Shown: positions 19,059 through 28,263, counted from the stretch's first letter. The stretch is 64,000 nucleotides of DNA from Bdellovibrionales bacterium (GCA_041739665.1 JBGSNK010000077.1:11204-75203); one strand, 5' to 3'. A program made the numbers and translations. The notes: generated by a model from the letters alone, not told the origin.

Positions 19059-20252
19059 ATGCACATAAAGAGGGACTTTTTTGACACTATTAAAACTGGT
19101 ACCCAGCTCGAGGCCGTTATGGTTTGGGGGCCAAGGCAGGTGGGCAAAACCACTTTACTTGACCAGCTAGACCTTAACTCAAGACTTTTTCTTGATGATC
19201 TAGGTGCCCGGCAGAGCGCTCAAAATGACCCTGCCTTTGTTATTAGCACTCTCAAACTCCCCTGCTTGATTGACGAAGCCCAGTATGCTCCCAATCTTTT
19301 CCCAGAGATTAAACGCCTGATCGATCAGCAGCGTCGTGAGGGACTGAAGGTGGGCTCTAAACCCGCAACCCAATTTTACTTTACTGGCTCCAACCGCACC
19401 CTTTTAGACAAGACTGTGAAAGAATCTTTGGCGGGTCGCTGTCACCTGTTCACTCTGCATGGACTTTCAATTAAAGAGTTGCAACGGGACTTCAACCATT
19501 TAAATATTGGCGATTATTTTGTTAACGGAGGATTCCCAGAGCTTTATACGCGAGAAAATCTGAACCCAAGACACTATATCAATGACTACATAACATCTTT
19601 TGTAGAGAAAGATATAGCCGTCAGTGCAGGCATTGAAAAAATGGAAAGCTTTCACAAAGCAATTCGCCTATTGGCTGCCCGCACAGGACAATTCCTTAAC
19701 ATCAGCGAACTATCTAAACTCGCAGGAGTCGATCAAAAAACATTGGATAGCTGGCTTACTTTGCTACAAAGAAATTCCGTCATTGAGCTTTTACCCACTT
19801 TTGCGACTAATCTAAGTAAACGCATTGTCAAAATGAAAAAACTTTTCTTTTATGATGTTGGTTTATGTTCGCGCCTACAAGGCTTTGTTGAACCTGACTC
19901 AATAATTCATTCTCCCCAGGCTGGCGCCTTGTTTGAAACCTTGGTGTTTTCGGAAATAGTCAAAACGCGAGATAATTTTTTAAAAGAGTGGCAACTTCAT
20001 ACCTGGCGCACAAAAGAGAAAAACGAAATTGACTTCATCCTGACAACTCCAAATCAGACGTTTTTTATCGAAGCAAAGATGGGTGTAAATAGCATCTCAG
20101 ACTTTAAAGTCGATCCAGAAGCCAAAAAGGTATTCAGGCAGAATGTCAAAAAAATTATTGTTTCAGCTGGAGGTGAAATACAAAAAATCTCTACTGATTC
20201 CATCGGTGTCCCTTTGAAAGACTTGGGGGATTACCTCCTTAAGGAGTCGTAA
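19059..20252 (+). CDS. AAA-family ATPase with a DUF4143-like C-terminal domain
   Basis: 397 aa with the Walker A motif GPRQVGKTT and Walker B-like LIDEAQ. The length and layout match the AAA_14/DUF4143 family as I remember it. Confidence 0.7.
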   Translation: MHIKRDFFDTIKTGTQLEAVMVWGPRQVGKTTLLDQLDLNSRLFLDDLGARQSAQNDPAFVISTLKLPCLIDEAQYAPNLFPEIKRLIDQQRREGLKVGSKPATQFYFTGSNRTLLDKTVKESLAGRCHLFTLHGLSIKELQRDFNHLNIGDYFVNGGFPELYTRENLNPRHYINDYITSFVEKDIAVSAGIEKMESFHKAIRLLAARTGQFLNISELSKLAGVDQKTLDSWLTLLQRNSVIELLPTFATNLSKRIVKMKKLFFYDVGLCSRLQGFVEPDSIIHSPQAGALFETLVFSEIVKTRDNFLKEWQLHTWRTKEKNEIDFILTTPNQTFFIEAKMGVNSISDFKVDPEAKKVFRQNVKKIIVSAGGEIQKISTDSIGVPLKDLGDYLLKES

Positions 20253-20318
20253 AACTTATGATAATAAGAAAACACCCTTGGAGAAAATGCTCCAGCGGGA
20301 AATACTGATATTTAAAAG

Positions 20319-20849
20319 TTACATCTCGTTAAAACGGTAATGAGCATAGCCACTCTTGGTCTTAATCCGATAGAACGACCACGAATACTGACGCTTTTCT
20401 GTTACAGAATCAAGAACGCCGTCAATCCCGTTAATACAAAAATATTCCTGGCCCTTTAACACCTTATTAATCTCCGTCAGTAAACCCTCACATACCTCTC
20501 CAGAAACAGCATGGCTTAAACTGTAAAAGTGGTTTTCAGTCTCGGTTCCTATAGCAATGTCCAATAAAGACCCTGATCTATCAAACGGCTCAATGTTATT
20601 ACACTTTATCTTCAAATACTTTTTATTAAAGCACTGCCAGTACGGATATCCCATACTTATTCCATCAAAAGGAGTTGCTTTAAAAGAACCTTTGTCAGAC
20701 TGTTTAAGATCCTCTATAGAAAGGATTCCATAATCATAGTTTACAAGTCCATAATGGCTTTGCTTATAAATAAAACTTTCGATTTCTCTTTGAAAGAAGA
20801 AGATCGCGGCCACGACAATAGTTAAAACAGAAAGAAATATCTTTTTCAT
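20319..20849 (-). CDS. membrane-anchored or secreted hypothetical protein
   Basis: 176 aa. The N-terminus MKKIFLSVLTIVVAAIFFF is hydrophobic. No recognised family. Confidence 0.5.
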   Translation of the reverse strand: MKKIFLSVLTIVVAAIFFFQREIESFIYKQSHYGLVNYDYGILSIEDLKQSDKGSFKATPFDGISMGYPYWQCFNKKYLKIKCNNIEPFDRSGSLLDIAIGTETENHFYSLSHAVSGEVCEGLLTEINKVLKGQEYFCINGIDGVLDSVTEKRQYSWSFYRIKTKSGYAHYRFNEM

Positions 20850-20916
20850 TCCTTGAGTCTCCTATAAATCTTGAGAAACTTATTCCTCTGCCTTATTGCA
20901 CTTTTATTGCCTTTCT

Positions 20917-21585
20917 TTAGCCTGCAGTATAGGCTTTGTATACCATCGCTGCCTCTTCCCATGAAACTGTACGCTTCAACTTGTGTTCCAATAGATATTT
21001 TTTGTGGAATAACCATCGAATACCAGCTGCGATGTTTAGATTCGGATCGAAAGCCTCGTTCTGATCAATATTAACTAAAAAATCCTTAAGCTCGCCCTTT
21101 TCATTTTTGAGGATTTCAATTGTTTCATCTGTCACTTGCATAAGCCCGTGAGCCCAATTACCCTTACTTGCTAAAACCTTAGCTGTTTCTTTAAAATCAG
21201 ACTCAGTTCTTATGAGAGCTTTTATAAGGTTGGCTTCCAAATGGACTTTAGGCTGTAACAGCTCATTCCAATATTTCGTCCATCCCGCGATGACTCTGTC
21301 ATAATTGTTTCCATTGGGCCGATCTAATTTATCAGGAGTGGGTAACTTCCTAAGGCGACCAAAGTTTTTTTGAGCAATTTTTTGAATCTCTTCGGAATAG
21401 ATTTGATCCTTCCTTGAGCGATTAACACGACAATGTCCATCCCGAATCGTCAAACCAGAAGGGTTCTTTTTACTTACAGGAACATGAAGAGGGTGCGCAG
21501 AGACCCAATGCTCATCGTGTGGACACATTCTCCATGGGTGTATTTTTTTTCTTTGTTTTGTTGTTTTTTTCTTTGGCACTAACAA
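20917..21585 (-). CDS. lytic transglycosylase (SLT) domain protein without an obvious signal peptide
   Basis: 222 aa. IRTESDF...GLMQVT...AGIRWL is the SLT catalytic-Glu and GLMQ pattern. The N-terminus is highly basic with a His/Cys cluster (HPWRMCPHDEHWVSAHPLH...GHC). Confidence 0.7.
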   Translation of the reverse strand: MLVPKKKTTKQRKKIHPWRMCPHDEHWVSAHPLHVPVSKKNPSGLTIRDGHCRVNRSRKDQIYSEEIQKIAQKNFGRLRKLPTPDKLDRPNGNNYDRVIAGWTKYWNELLQPKVHLEANLIKALIRTESDFKETAKVLASKGNWAHGLMQVTDETIEILKNEKGELKDFLVNIDQNEAFDPNLNIAAGIRWLFHKKYLLEHKLKRTVSWEEAAMVYKAYTAG

Positions 21586-21773
21586 CCCACACCTTATGAA
21601 GTACTTTTTTTATATTCATTTTTTCAGGATTTGTTCGTTATGTGTTATTGTATACATAATCCTCGTAAAACAACGTCTAGACAAGCTGTCGCTCAGCTAT
21701 TTTCTCTTTTTAATTTTATTTTGAAGCTTTAGGGGAGGGTAGGTCCTTCACTGCGCTCAGGATGACGAAAGTT

Positions 21774-21827
21774 TGGAGGTGGTGAGTGACTTCTCACCCC
21801 TACGGGGATTCGAATTCCTCCACCACC
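21774..21827. repeat. tRNA-Cys-derived chimeric mini-tRNA-like palindrome
   Basis: 21800-21827 is an inverted copy of the 28 nt at 21899-21926 (T-arm plus 3' acceptor strand of tRNA-Cys). 21774-21784 (TGGAGGTGGTG) is a direct copy of 21895-21905 (acceptor 3' strand + discriminator + CCA). Confidence 0.8.
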
Positions 21828-21894
21828 GGAGCGGAGCGACCAAACAAATAGACGGAATGCAAATGGGAAGTGGCAACGACCAGGACTGGTGAAA

Positions 21895-21968
21895 TGGAGG
21901 TGGTGGAGGAATTCGAATCCCCGTAGATGGATTTGCAGTCCACTGCCTAGCCACTCGGCCACACCACC
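21895..21968 (-). tRNA. tRNA-Cys (GCA), CCA encoded
   Basis: Reverse complement: GGTGGTG-TG-GCC..GGC-A-GTGGA-CTGCAAA-TCCAT-CTAC-GGGGA-TTCGAAT-TCCTC-CACCACC-T-CCA. It has a 7-bp acceptor stem, a canonical T-loop and anticodon GCA. 74 nt. Confidence 0.9.
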
Positions 21969-21984
21969 CCTGCAAGAAGCGGAG

Positions 21985-22013
21985 ATACTACTTGTAAGGG
22001 GAGGAGTGGGCAA
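21985..22013 (-). promoter_or_regulatory. candidate sigma-70 promoter for tRNA-Cys
   Basis: On the minus strand: TTGCCC (22013-22008), 17-nt spacer, TAGTAT (21990-21985), about 16 nt upstream of the tRNA 5' end. Confidence 0.35.
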
Positions 22014-22024
22014 GCCTGTGCTTC

Positions 22025-23479
22025 TTAGCGCGCAGCAAAATCATCCTGGGAAAAGCGCTCCAATCGATAAATATCACGTGCCGTCCACATTTGGGCTTCT
22101 TCTAAGTGCTCTTGCAGAATATGTGGGCTGCAATCCAAGTCTGCCAAACTCCTGGCAACTCTCAACAAGCTGAGGCGACGTCGGTGGCTTCGCGAATGGG
22201 GTAAGAAGTCTGCACTAAATCCTGGTTTTAATGTGCCGATCATTTGGGGCCCGCTGAGGTGCTGATTTGGCAGGCTTTGTTTTCGGATCTTTTCTTGGAA
22301 ATTGCGGGCTTTTTGTACCCATTCTTGGATATCCGCGAGAGCCATCGTTTCACTTATACGCGGACGATCATAAATATGGAAGACAGCAAAGCGATCCAAA
22401 AAAGGTCCCGAGAGACGCTCGATATATTGTCGCAAGCGTAGACTGGAACAGCGACAGCGGCTGGTTGCACCCGGCTTGAAGCGCCCACAACCACAAAGGT
22501 TTGTGGTTCCTAAGAATAAACTTTGAGCCGGAAAAACTTGTCTGCGTCCAGCCCTGGATAAATAAATCACTCCCTTTTCCATGGGCTCACGCAATGCACT
22601 TTGAATTTGTGGATGAAACTCAAGAAGCTCATCTAAAACTAATGCCCCCGAATGAGCTAATGAGATTTCTCCCGGCTGCAAGTGAGCTCCTCCCCCAATC
22701 ATGGCCATGGGTGTGATCGAATGGTGAGGAGCCACTACCGGACGAGTTTTTAGGTCTCGCCCCATCAGTCCCCAAATTTTTTTGGCCTGCAAGAATGTCT
22801 CCTTGGAAGGAGCCGGCAACAAAGTTGCCAAATGCTCCACAAGTGTCGTTTTCCCACAACCTGCAGCACCGGCGATGAGAAGTGGGTGCTCTCCGTGGGC
22901 GATAAACGCCATTAAACGGGCCATGGATTTTTCAAAGAGCATCTCTTTGTTAAATAAAAGAGGTTGGCACTCAAAGAGATGTGATTCACCATCACGCTCT
23001 TTGAGTTGAGAAAGTTGTGAGAGAGATTCGCACTGGGCGTTTGTGAAACGAAAAGGCTGCGAGCTGATGCCAGTCAACACACTTTTTTCAAAAATTTCGT
23101 AATTGAGCAGACTCAAATCTTCTGGAACAATCACATCACCTTTGAGACTTAAGCCACCGTAACAATAGTCTTTTTTAAAATTAAAGAAGTCTTGGCTCAC
23201 TTGCTCGGACTCGAGCAATATACCGATAGCAATCGCCAGGTCCAACCCCTGACTTTTTTTACGCACGTAATTGGGATGTAGATTGACGAGTACTTGTTTC
23301 CCCGGCGGAATACGAAAACCTTGGTGCCTGAGCGCAGAAAGAATCCGCTTAGAACTCTCTTTGATCACGGTATCGGCCATACCTAAAATCTGTATTTGAG
23401 ATAAGCCTGGGGTGAGGACCACCTCCACCTTAACCGGTTTTAATCCCATTTCAGAGCGCACAAAAGAATGAATGATCAT
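22025..23479 (-). CDS. comM: YifB/ComM family Mg-chelatase-like ATPase
   Basis: 484 aa with an N-terminal Lon-protease-like domain, Walker A GAAGCGKTT, LVLDELLEF, and a C-terminal zinc-ribbon-like CGCG...CRCS segment typical of ComM/YifB. Confidence 0.85.
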   Translation of the reverse strand: MIIHSFVRSEMGLKPVKVEVVLTPGLSQIQILGMADTVIKESSKRILSALRHQGFRIPPGKQVLVNLHPNYVRKKSQGLDLAIAIGILLESEQVSQDFFNFKKDYCYGGLSLKGDVIVPEDLSLLNYEIFEKSVLTGISSQPFRFTNAQCESLSQLSQLKERDGESHLFECQPLLFNKEMLFEKSMARLMAFIAHGEHPLLIAGAAGCGKTTLVEHLATLLPAPSKETFLQAKKIWGLMGRDLKTRPVVAPHHSITPMAMIGGGAHLQPGEISLAHSGALVLDELLEFHPQIQSALREPMEKGVIYLSRAGRRQVFPAQSLFLGTTNLCGCGRFKPGATSRCRCSSLRLRQYIERLSGPFLDRFAVFHIYDRPRISETMALADIQEWVQKARNFQEKIRKQSLPNQHLSGPQMIGTLKPGFSADFLPHSRSHRRRLSLLRVARSLADLDCSPHILQEHLEEAQMWTARDIYRLERFSQDDFAAR

Positions 23480-23574
23480 GGGCGAACCGATTGCAAGAAG
23501 GGGCCAGTCCCAAAAAGGCTATGATTTGAGGCTGATGAGACCTCCCCCGACAAGCCGAATCTTAAATCCGGAGA

Positions 23575-24450
23575 TTAGTTTTGATCAAGGGGGCGAGACA
23601 AAGGATGATTTTCATCAATGGCTTCTCTCATCTTTTTTGTGCTTACAGATGTGTAAATCTGTGTCGTCTGAATACTAGAGTGTCCCAAAAGTTTTTGGAT
23701 AGAGCGCAAGTCCGCACCAGAGTCGAGAAGAGCCGTGGCACAGCCGTGACGAAACTGATGGGGATGAATAGTTTTTTCAAAACCTGCACGCTTGGACCAA
23801 GCATCCAACCAACGCCAAATATCCACCCTGGAGGGGCGTTTGCCTCGATCGTTGATCAATATAGACTTTTCATTCGTCTTTGCAAGATGGGGCCGAACCT
23901 GCCTTAAATAAATATTCAACTCATGACGGATGTGTTCTGTTAAAGGAACAAGCCTTTCCTTGCCGCCTTTGCCATGAACTTTAAGCCAAGATTCGGATTC
24001 TGAAAAATCGATCAGGTCGAAATCTATCAACTCGGTGACTCGACAGCCGAGGGCAAAAAGTAAAGTCAACGTGATGTGATTTCGCGCCGACTTGTAAGGG
24101 TCCTCAACACGAGAGGCGTCCACAAGAAGATTGTAATCTTCAAATGTGAGGGCTTGGGGCAACTTAGCTGTCACTTTGGGAGGGCGTAACACACTCAGAT
24201 CTGGAATTTTATCGCCCTGTCTTTGGCAAAACTTATAATAGGTTCGAATACTGCTTATCATTCGCGCTTGGGATCTTGTCGAGAGTTTTTGCTTGGTCAT
24301 AAACTGATAGACGGCACGTATGTCTTTCTGCTTTTCTAAAAACTCGGCAAATAATTCGAGATCTCGTCTGTAAGCCATAACAGTGTTCTGAGAGCGACCG
24401 CGAACGTTTTTCAAATCATCAAAAAAATCAACCCAATGAGGTAAAGCCAT
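23575..24450 (-). CDS. tyrosine site-specific recombinase, XerC/XerD family
   Basis: 291 aa with HQFRHGCATALLDSGADLRSIQKLLGHSSIQTTQIYT (the R-H-R-Y catalytic box). XerC and XerD cannot be told apart by eye. Confidence 0.85.
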   Translation of the reverse strand: MALPHWVDFFDDLKNVRGRSQNTVMAYRRDLELFAEFLEKQKDIRAVYQFMTKQKLSTRSQARMISSIRTYYKFCQRQGDKIPDLSVLRPPKVTAKLPQALTFEDYNLLVDASRVEDPYKSARNHITLTLLFALGCRVTELIDFDLIDFSESESWLKVHGKGGKERLVPLTEHIRHELNIYLRQVRPHLAKTNEKSILINDRGKRPSRVDIWRWLDAWSKRAGFEKTIHPHQFRHGCATALLDSGADLRSIQKLLGHSSIQTTQIYTSVSTKKMREAIDENHPLSRPLDQN

Positions 24451-24503
24451 AAATTATTGTTACACGAATGTCTAGAAAAGCAAGTACCCTGTGCATCACA
24501 AAC

Positions 24504-25724
24504 TTAAATGGTTATGGGATCTGTCAACTGAGCCTGCATACGCTGGTAATCTTGAGTGTTCAAAGTTTTCATAACAGCATTGGGATAATAGTGCTTGAGA
24601 ATAAAGCGAAAACCTTTTCCTTGCTTTGCCCAGCGCTGAGCGCCCCACTGACAAAGGCCCACTCCATGTCCAAATCCACGTCCAGAGAAAATAAAAGAGT
24701 CCCACCGTTCTTCAACTTTGAAATGAGCACTGCGCAAGTTGCTAAAACCTAGCAACTGACGCAAATCATTGGCTTGCATACGATGAATATTTTTTTTATC
24801 AAATAAAAAATCCACCCACTGCGAGCGACCTTCCTTATCAGAGCGAGGGTAAATGGCCGATAGCTTAGACTCCTGAGGAACAATAAAAATACTTTTCAAT
24901 GCATTTTGAAGTTTCTCGCGATCCATAGAATAGGTCCAATTGTTAACCTCTGAGTTTTGGCAAAAGGGATCCTTGACTTTCTTGTTCACCGAACTGGGAT
25001 TGCGCCAAACCTCGGACTCAAGTGTCGTCTGCCCCCCACAATCTGCATGAAAATAGGCTGGGAAAATTCCTTGTTTCTCTTTGTGGACCAAGATCAATCC
25101 ACGAGTGTCATCTACTGCTGTGATTAGACTTTTTCTTTTACGAGCATCCAATTGGAAAACCTGATCGAGTGTGTCTGATCTCACATCGTAGTGTTCGTCT
25201 TTTCTTTCTGTCTTTTTATAAAAGAAATAGGTGCGCGAGGCCACAGCTTGCGCCTTCAGAGCCTCCATCGACCAACTGGCCGGCACCTCTGCCGATAAAA
25301 CACCATAGAGATATTCTTGAATAGAAATATGTGCCACCCAGTCCAAGCCTTGTGGCTGACGAAAGGCTTCAAGATGATTCACGGACTGATTTTCAAAAGA
25401 GAAGTTGCCGCTGAATAAAAAGGAAACACCAGGGTAGGTATAGGTCTTAGAAAAACCATGTCGCTGCAACTGGAGTCCAGGAGTTTCATTGCTCTCGAGA
25501 GCTTTCACTAACCAAATACCGCGTGGAATTCGCCAAGTTTGTTTGCGACAGTTTACCGCTGAGGCCAAGCGGACCTCGGTTTTGTCTTCACAACGGACAC
25601 GAAGAAGAAATGTACCTCGCAGCACTTTTGCTTCATCTCCATCGGCCAAAAGGACCCGGGCTTCAAATGCAAAGCTGGGTAGGGCAAAGGCTAAAAAATA
25701 AATGAACAAAACCCAGCGCCCCAA
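24504..25724 (-). CDS. SpoIID/LytB domain protein
   Basis: 406 aa with a signal peptide, AQAVASRTY, FHADCGGQT and GHGVGLCQWGA motifs of the SpoIID amidase-enhancer/lytic transglycosylase family. Confidence 0.8.
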   Translation of the reverse strand: MGRWVLFIYFLAFALPSFAFEARVLLADGDEAKVLRGTFLLRVRCEDKTEVRLASAVNCRKQTWRIPRGIWLVKALESNETPGLQLQRHGFSKTYTYPGVSFLFSGNFSFENQSVNHLEAFRQPQGLDWVAHISIQEYLYGVLSAEVPASWSMEALKAQAVASRTYFFYKKTERKDEHYDVRSDTLDQVFQLDARKRKSLITAVDDTRGLILVHKEKQGIFPAYFHADCGGQTTLESEVWRNPSSVNKKVKDPFCQNSEVNNWTYSMDREKLQNALKSIFIVPQESKLSAIYPRSDKEGRSQWVDFLFDKKNIHRMQANDLRQLLGFSNLRSAHFKVEERWDSFIFSGRGFGHGVGLCQWGAQRWAKQGKGFRFILKHYYPNAVMKTLNTQDYQRMQAQLTDPITI

Positions 25725-25811
25725 AGCCCCTCCCCTTTTGCTTTGTTAGTCTATCAAAAGGGGGTGGCAAATCCAGGGAGTTCTGAACTTCAGACCTAGG
25801 TCTAGTGAGAC

Positions 25812-26558
25812 TTAGTTCTTCTTGAAGAAGTTCCCAATGGTGTCCATGGGTAGAGGGAAGATGATAGTGTTCGTACCTTCTCCAGCAACTTCACTTAAGG
25901 ATTGTAGGTAAGCAAGTTGCATAGATGTGGGTGATTGTGCCAACATATCGGCCGCCTGCTTGAGCTTTTCAGATCTTTGCAATTCCCCTTCGGCACTGAT
26001 CACCTTCGCGCGGCGTTCACGCTCGGCTTCGGCTTGGCGAGCCATGGCCTTTTGCATATTTGCCGGCAGATCAATATGCTTGAGTTCTACATTGGCGACC
26101 TTGACTCCCCACTGTTCTGTGGCCTCATCTAAAATCGTTTGCAGCCGGAGATTGATCTTGTCTCTTTGGGCCAAAATCTCATCCATTTCAAACTGCCCCA
26201 TGATCGAGCGCAAGGTGGTTTGGGTCAACTGGTTGGCGGCGAAATAGTAATCTTCAATTTTTGTAATGGCTGCTTCCGGGTCGGTGACTCGAAAATAAAC
26301 CACAGCATTGACTTTCATACTGACGTTATCAAGGGTGATCACATCTTGAGGTTGAATATCCATTGTCACGGTTCGTGTATCGACTCGGATCATTTTGTCG
26401 ATAACTGGAATCAAGATGATAAGACCAGGTCCTTTCACGCCAATGCTGTGTCCAAGGCGTAAAATCACGCCCCGTTCCCACTCGGCAAGCACTTTAATCA
26501 TGGACATTAAAAATGTGAGGGCAAAAATACCTACAAAAATTAATACTGAAGCTGTCAT
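25812..26558 (-). CDS. SPFH/band-7 (stomatin-like) membrane protein
   Basis: 248 aa with an N-terminal TM segment, then the SPFH core ([21 protein letters not shown]...) and an Ala/Glu-rich coiled segment ([16 protein letters not shown]). Confidence 0.85.
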   Translation of the reverse strand: MTASVLIFVGIFALTFLMSMIKVLAEWERGVILRLGHSIGVKGPGLIILIPVIDKMIRVDTRTVTMDIQPQDVITLDNVSMKVNAVVYFRVTDPEAAITKIEDYYFAANQLTQTTLRSIMGQFEMDEILAQRDKINLRLQTILDEATEQWGVKVANVELKHIDLPANMQKAMARQAEAERERRAKVISAEGELQRSEKLKQAADMLAQSPTSMQLAYLQSLSEVAGEGTNTIIFPLPMDTIGNFFKKN

Positions 26559-27838
26559 AAATCTCCTTCTTCGACTTTGCTAACGACTAATGTAAAACCT
26601 TTTACTTTCTCGATACGGGCAGAATCACCGGTCATCAAGTTTTTATGCTTTGATTGAATTTTCCAGAGTTCTCCGCGCAAAAAGCCCATACCTTCACCCA
26701 CAACAGGGTCAAAACTACGAACCTCAAGTATTTGCCCTTCCATTCTTTCCTTTGCACGATTTTTTTCTCCTCTACGAATAGCCTTCATTGCGAAGTAAGA
26801 TAAAGAGATCATAAGAGTAAAAAGAACAAAGGATGTAGAGATTAAAAGAGATATTGGCACTTGGTACCCCGATTTTTCGTCAAACAGGAAAATAGAACCC
26901 ACAATAAAAGAGGCCAGTCCTCCTAGGCCGAGAGCTCCAAAGCTTGGCACAAATACTTCGGCGATCATAAAACCCACTCCCAGCAGAATTAAAAGGACTC
27001 CCCCCCACTGCACATCAAGCATATGAAAGTTCATCATAGAAACCACTATACCAATAGCACCGACAACTCCTGGAACCAAAGCGCCGGGATGGGTCAGCTC
27101 AAAGTAAAGAAGACCCAAACTACCCATGAAAATAAGATAGGCCCACTGAGGGTTCGAGAGAATTTGTAAAACATCGTGACGAAGGCCTGGAGCAAAGACC
27201 TCAACTGGCCCCACAGCAACCGGCTGAGTTTCTTCTTTGTTTAAACGGACTGGTTTGTCTTTAGAAAATTCTAAAAATTCGTCAATGTTGGCCACCACCA
27301 CGTCCACTGCTTTTTGCTCCAAAGCTTTTTTGGCGTCCAAGGCTTTGGCGTCCATGACAATTTCTTTAGCAAAATCTGCACTGCGACCGCGATACTCAGC
27401 CAGTCCTTCGACCCAACTGCGTGTGTCTTCAAAAAGCTTTTTGCGTAAATCTTTTGGAATTTCTTGCCCACCACCGGCTACCGGACTGGCAGCTCCGATA
27501 TTAGTCGCCTCCACCATTCCATTGATATGACAAGCTTGCATGATGATGGCGCCCGCACTTCCCGCGTGCCCCCCAGAGGGATGGACTAAACACAAAAAAG
27601 GAACAGGTGACGCCATAATATTCTCGACAATCTTGCGCGTGGATTGCAGGCTGCCGCCCGGGGTGTTGATTCGCACAAGTATTGAAGAACAGTTTTTCTT
27701 TATAACTTCCTCTTGCGCTTGCTCAAGGTAGTCATAAGTAGCCGGCCCAATGGCATCACGGAACTCAATGGATAAGGTGCAATCGGCAAAAGCTTTGGGA
27801 ACCATAATAATAAGCAATGTGAATAAAAACGACTTCAT
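26555..27838 (-). CDS. NfeD-family membrane-bound ClpP-class serine protease
   Basis: Starts at the MKSFLF ATG (ATGA overlap with the upstream gene). It has a ClpP-like N-domain (INTPGG...GSAGA), 4-5 TM segments and a C-terminal NfeD OB-fold. 4-nt overlap with the SPFH gene, which is the classic nfeD-stomatin pair. Confidence 0.8.
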   Translation of the reverse strand: MKSFLFTLLIIMVPKAFADCTLSIEFRDAIGPATYDYLEQAQEEVIKKNCSSILVRINTPGGSLQSTRKIVENIMASPVPFLCLVHPSGGHAGSAGAIIMQACHINGMVEATNIGAASPVAGGGQEIPKDLRKKLFEDTRSWVEGLAEYRGRSADFAKEIVMDAKALDAKKALEQKAVDVVVANIDEFLEFSKDKPVRLNKEETQPVAVGPVEVFAPGLRHDVLQILSNPQWAYLIFMGSLGLLYFELTHPGALVPGVVGAIGIVVSMMNFHMLDVQWGGVLLILLGVGFMIAEVFVPSFGALGLGGLASFIVGSIFLFDEKSGYQVPISLLISTSFVLFTLMISLSYFAMKAIRRGEKNRAKERMEGQILEVRSFDPVVGEGMGFLRGELWKIQSKHKNLMTGDSARIEKVKGFTLVVSKVEEGDL

Positions 27839-28263
27839 CGATCGATCCCTGCAAAATCCTTGAGATGTTGCCATGTTTGTCTTTTTAGATCCGTCTGTTC
27901 CAATAATTTCTGCAAGCTATGGGTTTGACCCATGCGGTGTCCATACCAGTTTTTAATAACTCCAATATCACCAGGGAACTCATCACCAAAAAATAAAATA
28001 GCTTTCGGCTCGGGCCAAACAGTCAAATCGTCGAGCTGTTCTAACTTGATATTCAAAATTTGAACATTGTTTGCCGACCACTTTAAGGCGATCACCATGT
28101 TGTTTAGCATCTCGACCTTTTCGGGCCCCAGAGTTTCAGTAAAAACAAAAACATGGGGAGCCTTAGGGATGGGGAGTTGAGTCTCGATAGACCTGACTTG
28201 CTGGATACGCCAAGGCTTCTGTAAACTCTCTGCTAAAAAGGTGTCCCAGAATACAGTTTCCAT
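27835..28263 (-). CDS. hypothetical protein; possibly DNA polymerase III psi (HolD)-like
   Basis: 142 aa. By-eye similarity to E. coli HolD in length and three blocks: W..Q near the N-terminus, HVFVFTE...VEMLNNMVIAL versus HVRLVMVAND...LVSDVLRAL, and C-terminal DLKRQTWQHL versus ARAALWQQI. This is a memory-based comparison only. Confidence 0.3.
   Translation of the reverse strand: METVFWDTFLAESLQKPWRIQQVRSIETQLPIPKAPHVFVFTETLGPEKVEMLNNMVIALKWSANNVQILNIKLEQLDDLTVWPEPKAILFFGDEFPGDIGVIKNWYGHRMGQTHSLQKLLEQTDLKRQTWQHLKDFAGIDR

Noticed and set aside
21742-21767. GGTCCTTCACTGCGCTCAGGATGACG next to the tRNA. Its reverse translation (..VILSAVKDL..) resembles the GTCATCCTGAGCG.AG.GAAGGA repeat that, as I recall, yields spurious hypothetical proteins in many genomes.
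   Set aside because: There is only a single copy in this window, my recollection of the family is vague, and nothing here lets me test it. A genome-wide count would be needed.
21729-22173. ORFs 21729..22013 (-), 21757..21975 (-) and 21889..22173 (+).
   Set aside because: They overlap tRNA-Cys and its derived repeat. The Gly/Pro/Arg-rich translations are typical artefacts of translating tRNA sequence.
25732-25803. A 9-bp hairpin, CCCCTTTTG-(14 nt)-CAAAAGGGG (25732-25763), and a perfect 12-bp palindrome, AGACCTAGGTCT (25792-25803), between the SPFH gene and spoIID.
   Set aside because: They are probably just a weak terminator or spacer structure. There is no U-tract, no second copy and no associated regulator, so there is too little to build on.
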